Assembly: GCF_039654945.1 (NCBI RefSeq)
Contig: NW_027361754.1
Span: 27,218,001-27,282,000, forward strand
Length of the DNA: 64,000 bases
Origin: Dendrobates tinctorius
Lineage: Eukaryota
Direction of reading: 5' to 3'
The notes beneath the pieces were generated by a model. The model ran no database searches, was not told where the DNA came from, and was given only the letters and a program-made list of their open reading frames with translations. Every line of letters begins with the position of its first letter. Position 1 is the stretch's first letter. Shown here piece after piece: positions 37,400 through 50,488 of this stretch. The translations under genes were made by a program, and so were the position numbers.

Positions 37400-39539
37400 A
37401 GGCTTAGGGCATAGATTCTCTATGGGGTTAAAGTCAGGCGAGTTTGCTGGCCGATCAAGCACAGTGATACTGTTGTTTGTAAACCAGGTATTGGTACTTT
37501 TGGCAATGTGAAAACGTGCCAAGTCCAGCTGGATAATCAAATTTCCATCTCCAAAAAGTTTGTTGGCAGAGGGAAGCATAAAGTGCTCTAAAATTTCCTG
37601 GTAGACATCTGCATTGACTTTGGTCTTGATAAAACACAGTGGACCTACACCAGCAGATGACATAGCTCCCCAAATCATCATTGATTGCAGAAACTTGACA
37701 CTAGACCTCAAACAGCTTGCATTATTGTGTGCCTCATCACTCTTCCTCTAGACTCTGCGATCTTGATTCACAAATGAAATACAAAATTTACTTTCATCTG
37801 AAAACAACACCTTAGACCACTGAGCAACAGTCCAGTTCTTTTTCTTCTTGACCCAGGTAAGATGCTTCTGAAGTTGTCTATTGGTCATGAGTGGCTTGAC
37901 ACAAGGAATGTGACACTTGTACCTCATGTCCTGGATACATCTGTGTGTCGTGGCTCTTGAAGCAATGACTCCAGCAACAGTCCACTCTTTGTGAATCTCC
38001 CCCAATTTTTTGAATGACCTTTTCTTTACAGTCCTTTCAAGGCTGTGGTTATCCCACTTACTTGTGCACCTTTTTCTACCACACTTTTTCCTTCCACTCA
38101 ACTTTCCATTAATATGCTTGGATACAGCACTCTGTGAACAGCCATCTTCTTTATCAATGACCTTTTTTGGCTTACCCTCTTTGGGGAATGTGTCAATGAC
38201 TGCTTTCTGGACATCTGTTAAGTCAGGAGTCTTCCTCATGATTGTGGAGCCTACTGAAACAGACTTAATGTCATGAACTGGGGGTGTGAGGTTGTCCCCC
38301 AGTTATCAGAGACTTATATACCACTTTCCAGCTACGGTTATGAACTTGCAGCTCTCTGTTGCCCCATACCCTCAGATCAGTCAGGGAACTACACCTAGGA
38401 TAAGTAGTCGCCAGAAAGGCTGCCTTGCCATGTACTGGCTATTGGGCACTCTGCAGTGAGGGCGGTATGTATATCCCCAGTCTCAGGCAGGAAATACATA
38501 CATAAAACCTCCATTTCATCACTGCCAGAGTCTCCTCAATACCCCAGAACACTTTGCTGCCACCAGCTCCTCGTTCTATTTTGAAATCAATATCGGGTCA
38601 GGGGCCAACGAACACGGTAGGGTAATTTTTAAAAAAAGAGATAAACGGGCACCACCCACACAATCAATTTAAGTGGGATCACCTTGTGCATATGCATAAG
38701 TTTATATAGAAGCACATGGAGAAAAAAAGTATATGCACACAAATAGGGATCACCACACAATAATGTGATCAAAAAATATCAGTTTTATCTTTTATCTTTC
38801 ATTTAAGACCAAAGCATCTTATATCTAGGTACTACTGGGAAGCATATACCCTTTTCTCGATTTCTGGTGGGCTCCGAAGCTTCAAAACCCACCTGTGGAT
38901 AGCTCTAACCATGCAGTTTCCAAAAATATAAGTTTCCTGCCTCTATGAATATTTTGTGTTATTATAGTTGATCCTGAATATACAAAGAACCATGTGCTTT
39001 TAAACAAAGCCTGAGTTCGCTGGTCATAAGACACATTACCAAGGGAGGGGGAAAGAGTGGAATCGAATTACCCACAGGCAGAGAGACTGCAGCTATATGC
39101 CATTCCAACAGGGGGGGAAAATGGAGGGGGTTGGACGCTGCAGCAACGAGCCTGTACATAAGCTCAGTGTGACACTGCACAACCTAATGGATGAGAGGCA
39201 GCGTGTCATTCAAAAACCAAGGAGCTGCAGCCGATAACCCTGTATGTGTAATCAGAACAATTAGAAATACTTCATATTTCCTGACACTAAGGGATTTTTT
39301 TAAATGCTTAGGAAGCCTTTGCAGGTGTTTTTTGTTAATTATTCCAATTTACTGAGCTAATGACTTTTGGGTTTTCATTGGCTGTAAGCCATAATCATCA
39401 TCATTGACAGAAGTAAACTCTTGAAATAGATCACTCTGTTTCTAATGACTCTATAGAATTTATGAGTTTTACTTTTTGTATTGAAGAACTGTTAGAAATT
39501 AACTTTTTGATGATATTCTAATTTTGCGAGAAGCACTTG
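37400..39539 (-). mobile_element. Tc1-like transposon with degenerate transposase (37400-38239), interrupted by ~1 kb of other repeats (38269-~39260)
   Basis: HTH N-terminus, WSKVLFSDESKF, MIWGAMS and NSPDFNPIENL. Tc1-type terminus CAAGTGCTTCTCGCAAAATTAGAATATC on the minus strand at 39539, next to TA. Confidence 0.85.
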
Positions 39540-40554
39540 TATATGGCTCTGCAGAGGGATAAAAGAGCGACCAACTTTCCTTCCATTCAATAGATTAAAG
39601 GTTCATTGGGGTACATTTTTGCATCGATATTGCACCGCCATTCCTGACAACATCTTAGAACCCTATAACATTGTTATTGGGGTCATAAAATCCGCTGGGC
39701 CTGGACTTGAGGCCGTAATACAGATACTTTTTGGTCTGAACAAGGTCTAACATCCATTCTCAGCAAAACAAACAGCAATTTACTACCTACAGATGTGGTC
39801 TTGACTTAAGTTTTTATTGCCCCCCTTGCATAAGAGCAGATGGTGAGCACTTGATTGCCAGATTCTGTAGTAAATCTATTTATGAGAACTTTTTTAGGCT
39901 GTTAATATGGCATTTGGGGTTTCAGTAGCCCAGTGTGAACTCTGTGGTAACAGTGATCCCTTTTTATGTTTACTTTTCTAAAATAACATGAAGCGGAATC
40001 AGATGATATTGCAGCGTTGGTTCACGTTCCTGGACTATGGGGCTTTCCGTGCCATATACGTGGATCTAAGCCGTGTCAGGTTATGGATGGATTGAGATAA
40101 ATATGTTGTTAGCACAGAGTCTTATCTTCATGTAGTTAGAAGCTGTGATGTGTATCCCATACCAAAGTCTGCTCACTTACAAGAGGACAAAGTATCTGAC
40201 GAAAACAGAAAGTTCAGATTAACTCTGACATCACAAAATGTGTAATAGTCTTAATAGATGTATGAAATTTAGACATGGTGCAAATCGAGTTCCAGGACCC
40301 GGTCCTTCAGCCACATCAATGATCTGTGGTCGTTGGACAGGAGTTGTGAGAACCTTCTAGTAGCTGGCAATATCCGAGGCTCTTCTTTTGAGTAGCCGGC
40401 CTGGCGTAATGTTTCAACATGATGCACATGTGACATCTGCCCAGGTGGGTTAATCAAAAAAGAGCTTCAGATGTCAGGAGTTTGTAAACAGTTCTCATGG
40501 CTCCCATCCAGCGACCATTACGGACATGGCCGATGGACCAGGTCCTAGGTATTA

Positions 40555-43037
40555 TGTGACGAGGTCAGCTTACGCTGAGTCAACTTTTTCTTTAGAGTGG
40601 ACCCTCTGGGTCGTGGCACCCACCCACCTGGGGTGAGCTGACCTTGTGAGAAACCACCACCTATATAGGGAGTGTCAATGGCAAGACCAAGGGGGTGAGC
40701 CACCACGACTGCTGGACCAGACGGCCGGCTCAGGTAGACACTAGGTACGAGTGTCTGACGACAAGGACGAGTAGGAAGCAAGACAAGACAAGACGTAAGT
40801 TCACAGTATCTTCATTAAGACAACTTCAGGATAACATTCAGTGCAAAAACGTGAGAACAAGCAAACACGGCAAGATGTGTGCTTGGGCACGCCAAGGTCC
40901 ATAGCATGGTACGTGCCAGGTGGCACGCCTGGGTACAGGCAAGGGCTCAATGGCATCGGACTCCAGACAACTGGCCATGATCGACAGGAACAGGGCATCC
41001 GGCTGCGGACATCAGCTCCGGACATCAGGCCGCAGTCATCAGGCTTACGATCTCTGGCAGCGATCGGCAGGTTCCGGGCATCCGGCAGGCAAACCAGGGT
41101 TTAGGCAAGGAGGCACAACAGATCTCCAGACATGGTGCGTGTTAGGGAACACGCCGAGGTCCAAGGCAAGATTCCAGGCACGGTGCATGCTAGGGGCACA
41201 CCAGGGTCCAGAGCAAGGTTCAAAGCAAGGTGCGTGTGTAGGGGACACGCCAGGGTACAAAGTTCAACATACAAGACAGGGTGCGTGTGTAGAGACACGC
41301 CAAGGCAAAAGGTAGAGTCCTGCGTGTGCAGAGGGCATGCCAGGGTCATAGTTCAAGGCAGAGTCCTGCGCGTGCAGAGAGACACGCCAGGGTCAGGGTT
41401 CAAGGCAGAATCCTGCGTGTGCAGATAGACACGCCAGGGTCAGGGTTCAAGGCAGAGTCCTGCGCGTGCAGAGAGACACGCCAGGGACAGAGTACAGGCT
41501 AGGACCTGTGCGTGCGAGGGGGCACGACAGGGTACATGGCAAGACCTACGCGTACTTTTACAGAAGCACGGGGAGGTATGCGCATGCTAAGAGAGAAGCA
41601 CGCAAAGCACAGTGCAGAGACAGCTTGAGTGCAAGGAAGCACAGAGAGCACGGCTGGGGCACTGGCTAGCTGGACAGGCTGCAGCAAAAACAGGAGGGCA
41701 AGACTCCAGAAACCCGGCTGGGGCATAGCAGGCGACACAGCTGTCACTGACCGACGAGCACGGCTGAGGCACAAGCAGGCGGGCACAGCTAGAGCGGGCA
41801 TGGCTGAGGCACAAGCAGGAGGCTAGGAAGGCCAGGCGCATGCAACGGGCACACGAAGAACCAAGGCAAGGCAAAGCAAGAAACAAGGCAAAGCTAGGCG
41901 AGAAACAAGGCAAGACAAGGTACAGAACACGGAGCGGAACGTAGGCAGAAACACAGAGCCAGGGAAGAGCAAGAACAGAGCTAGCAGCAGAGCGTAGGCC
42001 GAAGCCCAGAGCCGGGTCAAGGGAGAACCTTGAGACTAGCCAGGAAGTGTGCTAGAGAGCACCAGAGGACAGAGTCTAGCAGCGGAGCGTACGCCGAAGC
42101 CCAGAGCCGGGCCAAGGCAGAGCCTTGGGACTAGACATGGAAATGTGCAAGAGAGCTCAAAAGGTAAGAGAGGAGGAATGGTGCGTGTGCCAGGAGGCAC
42201 CACAGAGCACCATAGAAGACAGCGAGGCAGAACAAGCAAAGACAGAGAACATAGGAAGGAACACAAGGCAGAGCATAGCGAAGGCAATACATGGCAGAAG
42301 CAGGCAAGGCAGAGAACACCGGAAGGACAACAAGTCCAAGCAGGACAAGACCGAAACATGGCACAACGGACAAACATAAGACAAGGCATCGGACAAGAGA
42401 CAGAGTACAAGCACAGAGCGTGTGCAGAGATGCACGACAGGGCAAAGTGCAGGGGCACAGAATACAGGGAGCGACCCAGCAGACCAAGCAGCCATGCAGG
42501 GAAGCAACACGATACTCAGACCCTGGCCATAGGGAGGGGTGGTCTGATATAGCACCTGCAGTTCGGGGTCAGGATCATGGAAGGACTTCCGGTTCAGATC
42601 CTCCAGGATCATAGAAAGCATCGCTAGAACAGCCTGGGTAGAACCATAGAGCAGGTCACATGATCAGGAGTTCCAGGAATACAGCGGATTGCAGAACCAG
42701 AGCAGGACTGGAACATAGGAAAGGTCATATGATCAGGGGTTTCCATGAATACAGTGGATTGCAGAACCAGAGCAGGGCTGGAACATAGGAAAGGTCACAT
42801 GATCAGGGGTTTCCAGGAATACAGCAGATTGCAGAACCAGAGCAGGGCTGGGCTGGAACATAGGAAAGGTCACATGATCAGGAGTTCCAGGAGTACAGCA
42901 GATTGCAGAGTCAGACAGAGACGGATGGTTACCCAGCAACAGAGTGCAGCCATGAGGTAAGGCGTGCGTGCACACTGCTCCAGGCATCTTGCGGCATGAC
43001 AGACATGGCAGAAATAACAGACATGGCGGACATGACA
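40555..43037 (-). mobile_element. Large LTR-like element (solo LTR expanded by internal tandem repeats), TSD TATTA
   Basis: TGTGA...TGACA termini. TATTA at 40550-40554 and 43038-43042. Shares AGTGGACCCTCTGG with the LTRs at 24299 and 35405. Several internal ~40-60 bp repeat arrays. Confidence 0.75.
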
Positions 43038-44869
43038 TATTAATTAGCACCAACTCTAATGAAAATGACATAAATCAAATGGCCAAATGGAGTAAGCCAG
43101 GTTCACATTTGTACAACGCTCCACACTGAACATTTAGTTTGGGGTTTCTGTCAAAATCTCTAAAAAATGTGAAACCCCTAAAATAGCCCCAATGACGGCT
43201 TTCAATATAAAGGGGCAGACGAAATCACTTTGGACTTCGTTTGGCCTCAATTCCCAAGATGACCATTTTTTTTTAGGTGGACACAATAGACTAGGGTAGA
43301 CTATGCTTTTTGTCCACCTAAGAGGGACACTGCTTGAACGTAAGACAAAGTGCCTCCGTCAGCTCAACTAAACTGAATGGCTCCATTAGGGGTTCTGAGG
43401 GAATCTTGTTTTTCAGGGAATTAGATGGAAACCCCCAACGCAGCAATGTATGAATGTGAACCTAGCTTTAGACCTTTACAATACAGTTTCCATGCTAAAT
43501 TAAATCACTCCAACAGGAATCCTATATCAGACATTTAGAACGTATACTCAAGATATGTCATAAATATCTGAGAGATGCAGGCTGAGAGATGTAGGTCCCA
43601 TCTCCGGTACCTATCGTTAGAATGGTGGTGGGAATACATAGGTGGCTGCGCATATGCAACTCTCTTCATTCACTTATAAGGGAGTTCTGAAAATTCTAAG
43701 CAGGCATACAAAAATGAGGTATAACAATTGAAAATTCAGTAATTCACCATTTTAGAGGATTATTCCCCAAAACAAGTTATCCCCTCTAACTACATCCTGA
43801 ACAGCATGGAAGTGTGCATACATGACCTCTTCTCCATTCATTGTTCATGGTCTGCAGAGCGCTGCACAACACTATTTCCATAAGTCCCCTAGGCAATGAC
43901 TGGAGTAGAGGACAAGCATGTACAACTCCACTACATCCATGATGTGGCTGCAGAACCCGTTCTTAGGGTTTCTGAGCTCCAACCTTGGAAACGCTGGGTG
44001 TCCCAGCGGTAAGATTCCTAGTGATCAGCAAGTTATCACCTATCCATAGAATACTTGATTTTTGGGGGAATCATCTTTTAAGAAACCTACAGTACTTACC
44101 TACTTATCTGCAAAATCACTCTAACCTTGTGATTTTAAAACTCTAGCCAAGGCAGAGTACCTTGTTGGTGACCAACCTGGCATCCAACACCTGGGGGCAC
44201 ATACCCCATCAGGCCATCAGCTCTAGTCACAGAACTACAGAAGGGCTGGTGGTAAGAATTGATGATGCATCACCATAGTTTTCGGACCATCACCTAAGAA
44301 GGGAAGATTTCTGCTGGATCCAATACAATTGGGCATGATCAGACTTCTAGATGTTATTTTTCGTACCCAATACAGAAGCTACAAGTAACATTTTGTCTCC
44401 ATCCCAGATCACTTAATCTTTTGATCATCTGACTCCTGAAAGTTCCCAAGGTAGCTAAATTAGAAGAACATCCCATTTGGTGAGCCATGGAAACAAAGAC
44501 TTTTGCTTCAGCCTCTCAAATGCATAACAGTGGACAACTGGATAGATGGATCCATTCCACTTGTAGACCCACTGTGTAACAGATTTGTTGAAGATCTAAA
44601 CCAAGAACCAGAAACTGTGGGAGTTTGCATACTTCAACCTTGACCACCACCAGGGTATGTAGAAATGTTGCTGCACTCAGTAGTCTCCATTTTGACAGTT
44701 AACATATAGACAGCAGAAGAATCCAAGGTCCGATACTGTGGCAGCTTGTGTACATGTGGTCAGGAGGAGCAAAGGTTGTGGCTGGCAGAGCTATGCCATA
44801 TGCAAAGCAATGGAGGTCCTGAAGATAAATTAGGACTAGGAGATGGACTAGAGAATATGGTCATCATTC

Positions 44870-45075
44870 ATCATCACTGTCCCCAATGGGGCTCACAATC
44901 TACTTTCCCTACCAGTATGTATTTGGAGGGTGGTAGAAAAACTGAGAATCTGGATGAAACTCATGCAAACAAAAGGGGAACATACAAGCTCCTCGCAGAT
45001 GTTGTCCTTGCTGGGATTTGCACCCGAGACCCCAGTGCTGCAATGTAACAAAGATACCCACTGAGCAGCATTGAC
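44870..45075 (-). mobile_element. tRNA-derived SINE (V-SINE-like)
   Basis: The minus strand has A-box-like GCTCAGTGG and B-box-like GGGTGCAAATCCC, followed by a GCTTGTATGTTCCCC..TTTGCATGAGTTTC core. Confidence 0.65.
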
Positions 45076-45659
45076 TATTGTCAGGGACATTAGAGTGCAC
45101 GGACTCTAAAAGAAGCCAGGAGCCTGTTCGATCCACAGGTGAAGTGTCGCGATGAAGGAGGACAACAGTGGTCAGAAAGAGGGCAAGTGAGACGACGAAT
45201 CGTTACACATATATATGCAACATATGGAAAGATAAGCCCCTTCCTTATGCCGTGTGGACCGCTTAAGCATGGGATCCAATGCTTTATATTAGACAGCCAG
45301 TTATTTGCAATGCTTCAGATGATATTTACGTAAAAAACATTTAAAATAGCAAAACATTGTCGTGCAAATTACCATCTTCTTGTGATTTCTTACTTGTTTA
45401 TTTTTTTTCCTTTTTTGCAAAATGTTCCCAAAACCTAGAAATCTCTTTGTCTAAAACTTGCAGAAATCTGCAAAATATGGTAAATGTCGGCATCTATACA
45501 GGTATTGGCTCTGAGATTATTTCCTATCAGTTGAGCCTTTCCTATCTCTTCCACACCAGAGTCAGCAGTTCCAGCTGCACCTTTCTGATCTGGCTCTGCA
45601 ACCTTCACCCCTTCTCTGCACACCTCTCCTCTTCCTCCCTCCCTTCAGCGGACCCAGCC

Positions 45660-45727
45660 TATATAACAGTGGCACCTGTATATTGGGCCAATACACTGGA
45701 CTGAGCTTGAAGTGCAGCATTGAACTG
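45660..45727 (+). promoter_or_regulatory. apoc3-like TATA box and short non-coding exon 1
   Basis: TATATAA at 45660-45666. Donor CTG|GTGAGA at 45727/45728. Matching polypyrimidine-CAG acceptor at 47513/47514, 21 nt upstream of the ATG. Confidence 0.65.
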
Positions 45728-45857
45728 GTGAGATCCCCTTTAAATCTGTGCCAATAGTGTTCCTATAAGTAGAATTATATTAATAGACTCGTTGCCTGGG
45801 CATAGTAACCCACTATGGTTAGTTATAACAAATTATAATGATTATGTTGCACATAAA

Positions 45858-46383
45858 AACCGTGTATCTAATCCTATCCTGTGTGATACTGACTGCTGAG
45901 CCGTGTATCTAATACTATTATCTGTGATTTTGTCTGCTGAGCCGTGTATCTTATACTATTCTGTGTGATACTGTGTGCTGAGCTGCGTATCTAATCCTAT
46001 CCTGTGTGATACTGTCTGCTGAGCTGAGTATCTAATCCTATCCTGTGTGATACTGACTGCTGAGCCGTGTATCTAATCCTATATCCTGTGTGATAATGTC
46101 TGCTGAGCCATGTATCTAATCCTATTCTGTGTGATACTGTCTGCTGAGCCGTGTATCTAATCCTATCCTGTGTGATACTGACTGCTGAGCCGTGTATCTA
46201 ATCCTATCCTGTGTGATACTGCCTGCTGAGCCGTGTATCTAATCCTATCCTGTGTGATACTGACTGCTGAGCCGTGTATCTAATCCTATCCTGTGTGATA
46301 CTGACTGCTGAGCCGTGTATCTAATCCTACCCTGTGTGATACTGACTGCTGAGCCGTGTATCTAATCCTATCCTGTGTGATAT
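45858..46383. repeat. 41-bp tandem repeat (CTGCTGAGCCGTGTATCTAATCCTATCCTGTGTGATACTGA) in apoc3-like intron 1
   Basis: About 13 near-identical copies. Confidence 0.93.
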
Positions 46384-47109
46384 TGGACTCCCCCTGCAGT
46401 CTGTGTCAGAGTGTGGTCTGTGTTGGCACGGTAATAAATTGTGTTATTTCCAGCTTTACAGAAGGACGATAACACCATAGAAATGATAAGAATAATAGGC
46501 CTCAGTTACCACAACTGTCTACAAAGAAAACTGTTGCTGATAGCAACCAATCACAGCTCATTTTTCATCTTTTAAACATCTCTGGGACAGCGTGGCGAGT
46601 TTTGAGTGGCGACTTTTGTGTTTCGTCTTTTATGTGGCGAGGTTGGTGTATGTGTGGTGAAATGTGTGCTGAGGGTGGTATATGTGTTGGAGCACGTGGT
46701 AGTGTGTGGTGAATTTTGTGTGTGTGTTCATATCCCCGTGTGTGGTGAGTATCCCATGTCAGAGCCCCACCTTAGCAACTGTACGGTATATACTCTTTGG
46801 CGCCATCGCTCTCATTCTTTAAGTCCCCCTTGTTCACATCTGGCAGCTGTCAATTTGCCTCCAACACTTTTCCTTTCACTTTTTCCCCATTATGTAGATA
46901 GGGGCAAAATTGTTTGGTGAACTGGAACGCACGGGATTAAAATTTTGCCTCACAACATAGCCTATGACGCTCTCGGGGTCCAGACGTGTGACTGTGCAAC
47001 ATTTTGTATATATCAAGTACTGAGCACACTCATGGGGTTGTGATGTGAAAAATTATATTTAATACCTACAGTAGTCACTAGTAACAAATAGACCTTCCTC
47101 AGTGTCCTA

Positions 47110-47150
47110 GTACACTGATGAAGGTCTAGCAAGACCGAAATGTTTGGTAC
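47110..47150 (+). ncRNA. Degenerate minimal hammerhead-like motif
   Basis: GTACA-CTGATGA-A-GGTCT(AGCA)AGACC-GAAATGTT-TGGTAC. Helix III looks like AACGTT after CpG decay. Confidence 0.45.
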
Positions 47151-47534
47151 CAGTCAGTAGTGCCGTAGATAAGCCCTAGGGACCTTCAGGGCCCACTCGG
47201 GACTAATACATGGCAGATTTGCTTGTACAAAATTTGCTATCGCAGTAGCAGAAGGATGGATGAGATTTAAGAAAGTTTGCAAAATCTCATTCAAACTTTG
47301 CAGAGAAAATTTTAATTGCTGTGGATTTAAATTGCTGATTTCATCTTTTGCGACAAAATCTGTACGATTTAGTGCTGATTTTGCCGCTCTGGATTTTGAT
47401 GCAAATTTTTAATTTTCCCATAGGTTAAAAATAGTTAAATTGACGTTCTCCACTTATTTAAATGTTATATTTTTAGAATTCATTTTATGACATTTTTCTT
47501 TTTTTTTTCACAGGTCTGCCATAATAACCTGAAC

Positions 47535-50488
47535 ATGAAGCTCTTGGTGATCTCTGCTCTGCTTGTCCTTGCAGTCTGTGCAGGTGAGAACTTCTTCCTC
47601 TATATTGCAACTTACAGAAAAGATTTGAGGGTAACTCAACTTTTACATTTTCTGATAAGTAAAAGCCAATAAAAAGTATTGTTGATCCATGTGGATATCT
47701 GTGAAGCGCATAGAATGCAGATTACCACCTCAGATGGTCCGGACAACCTCCAAGCATAAGCTGGGTGTTTTGGGTGATGTGTTTGGATCAAAGAACCCTG
47801 ACCGACACCGATCAAAATTACTTTACAGTGGTAACAACCTATGAAGAAATCATGTAAAAGTTCAGTTGGCTGACAATTTAGGTCACTGCCAGCACTATGC
47901 TGCTCCATGTTTTTGCCTCCACATGCATCCCCTAATAACCCTTTGCTGACTTCCTCTTGTCAGGCTGTGACTCATGAACTCTCATCTGACTTTCCTAATG
48001 TTGTACACAAAGCTTTGCAATCCAGAGGTTGATTAACATCTGAGTACTGGAGGGAAGAACATTGGGGCTGACTTAGTAGTAATGTTGGGGAGATAAATTT
48101 TCTATATATTTCTGATCTTTCTCCTAAGACTGGACCCGCTTACTTGATAAATCTATTCCCTAAAATAATACCACTACTACTTTTGGTGCTATTTTTTCAC
48201 CATAGATTTCTATGGGCAGCCTAAGATGTACGTGTTAAATCGCAACTGCGGAATTGCGCTATTTTTGCACTAAAATTTTCTGCACACCCAGAAATATAAA
48301 AACATGCAACAAGCACACCATAAACAGTACAGATGGCTATTGCATTTTTTGGTGTGGACACTCCCAGAAAACGTACAGAAAAGCATTTTCGCTCCGGGAA
48401 TGCATCCTTAGTATAGCAAAGCGATGGAATAATTGACTGTGGATGAGCAGAACTACTTGATCAGATATTTAAAGGGGTTGTTCTACTACATACTGTACAT
48501 TCAACATCTATTGACAGCATAGGTGAGAAACGTATGACCGTTGGTGGTCCGATCAGTGATCCTGAGAACAAGGGTCCAAAGTCACCAATTGTGAATAGAG
48601 CGATGGAATGAGAATGGAGTGATGGTCACGCATGGGCACTACTACTCTTTTCACACAAGAAACTTTGGTGTCCCGGAACTCTGGGTGGGTGAAGGTCCCA
48701 TTGGTCAAACCCCTAATGATCATACATTTATCCCCTATTCCGTGGGTAGGTTTTCAATATATTAAGACGGCCAACCCCCATATAAAGGGGTTGGCTAGGA
48801 TTAGAAAACACATGACTACCTTCTTCCAAAAACACAGAATGCAGCTTGTGTGACCATATATTGCCACCCAGCCCCAGCCATTTCTACAGGACTTGTAATA
48901 TCAGACACCTATAGAAGGATGTTGCAGTTTCTCTAGAACGTCAACCATGTTTCTCTTGTCTTGTACAATTCATTTGAAAAACCTCTTGATGTGTCATAAG
49001 TCATGTGGAGCGTGTCTTCAGTGGGAATCTCGGTACTCAGAATCCCATCGATCAAAACTTGACTTATTCCTATGACATGTGAAAAGTTTTAAAAAAAAAT
49101 GAAAGTTTCTCCAACTATGTCAATGGCTACCAGCCAAGGAGTTGTGCATTTTAAAGGAAGAGAGGTACCAACTGGAAACTTTTTGCCTTTTTACCAATGT
49201 TATTTCTTAACCCATGTAACCCCGAATGAACTTCTTACCATAACTCTGCTGCTTTAACTCTTTTTTTTTGTTCTGATCCCAGTCTCTGCAGAGGAGGAAA
49301 CTTTCCTGTCATCGACAATCAACTATGTGCAGGACTTGGCCAGTGAAGTTGCCACCAAAACAACAGACGCTTTGAACCAAGTAAAGGAAATGCCCCTGGC
49401 ACAGCAGGCAATGTAAAGATATTTTGGATTTATGACAGACATGACAGCACACACGCCTCTTGCTTATGTCTCTCCCCTTTGCCTTCCCCTTGAATGTGGG
49501 TTTTAATTTTGGGGCACATGGTATAAAAAAGTTAGGGGAAGCATTGCCTTGTTGGAGGCTGCCAATTCTTCGGGGAGCCTCAAGGACTTCCAGAAGAGCT
49601 GGGAAGTATGAGTTAGAACCTACGAGGAATCACAGTGTTCCTTTAGTATTTAGGCCACCAAAGCAGACCAATTTCAACTGTAAATGAATAGAAACATATG
49701 ACCCAGGCTTGTCACCTATAGCCTTTATCCAAACAATATAATCAAAATGCTTCCTGTTTCATAGAGGTGGGAATAAGTTGGACTTTTGGTAGGGTGGTTA
49801 AGGGTGATGTGGCATTAGTGCAGGGCTACCAAGGCTGGGCGCAATATATTTCCTTATTCAGTCATGTACCATGTATCCCATTTTACCCAAACTGTGAGCA
49901 CTTTGTTAGACTTGGAGCTTGGTCGTCATAAGCGTTGGGAGCATGCCAACTCAAATTCACCGTCACCTGATATTGAAAATGGCAGGAGGCATCAAGGGGT
50001 TTTCCAGGATTTTGGTATTGATGGCCCAGCCTTAGGATAGGTCATCAACATCAGATCAGTAGGGATCATGATGATCGGAAGTGTACGGAGTTGGAACATT
50101 ACAGCTCCATACACTGTGTAGTTATCATACCCGGGTATTGCAGCATATCCCCTTTTCTTGCGTCCACCCTATTTCATAGCATAGCAGGCAGTTGATATCG
50201 AAATCTTGAAAAACACCATTATTGGATGGGGATAGGAAAACATGAAATGGGGGCACTAATGGAAATTTTCTAGTTTCAAGTTTACGTTATATCAAAGGGT
50301 GGTTTGGATCTAGAGTTGGCTAATGTTCTTCCTTCACAGACATATAAGTGTGAATTCAGCTTGACTGTTCTGTCCTTTATTCCTTTAGTGGCATGTATGA
50401 TTCTGGATCTGAGTACGTCAGCTCTTTGTACTCCTCAATTTTCGACAAGGCAATCGAGAGATGGGAACAGCTGACCAAATCCTTCTAA
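47535..50488 (+). CDS. apoc3: Apolipoprotein C-III-like; join(47535..47583,49283..49412,50389..50488), 92 aa
   Basis: Spliced product: MKLLVISALLVLAVCAVSAEEETFLSSTINYVQDLASEVATKTTDALNQVKEMPLAQQAIGMYDSGSEYVSSLYSSIFDKAIERWEQLTKSF. It resembles human ApoC-III (..[47 protein letters not shown]). The phase-2 intron falls right after AQQA, as in APOC3. Orientation is divergent from apoa4, as in the mammalian cluster. AATAAA at 50742-50747. Confidence 0.85.

Noticed and set aside
47487-47672. 61-aa ORF as a stand-alone single-exon gene
   Set aside because: It is the apoc3-like signal-peptide exon (47535-47583) read through into flanking intron sequence.
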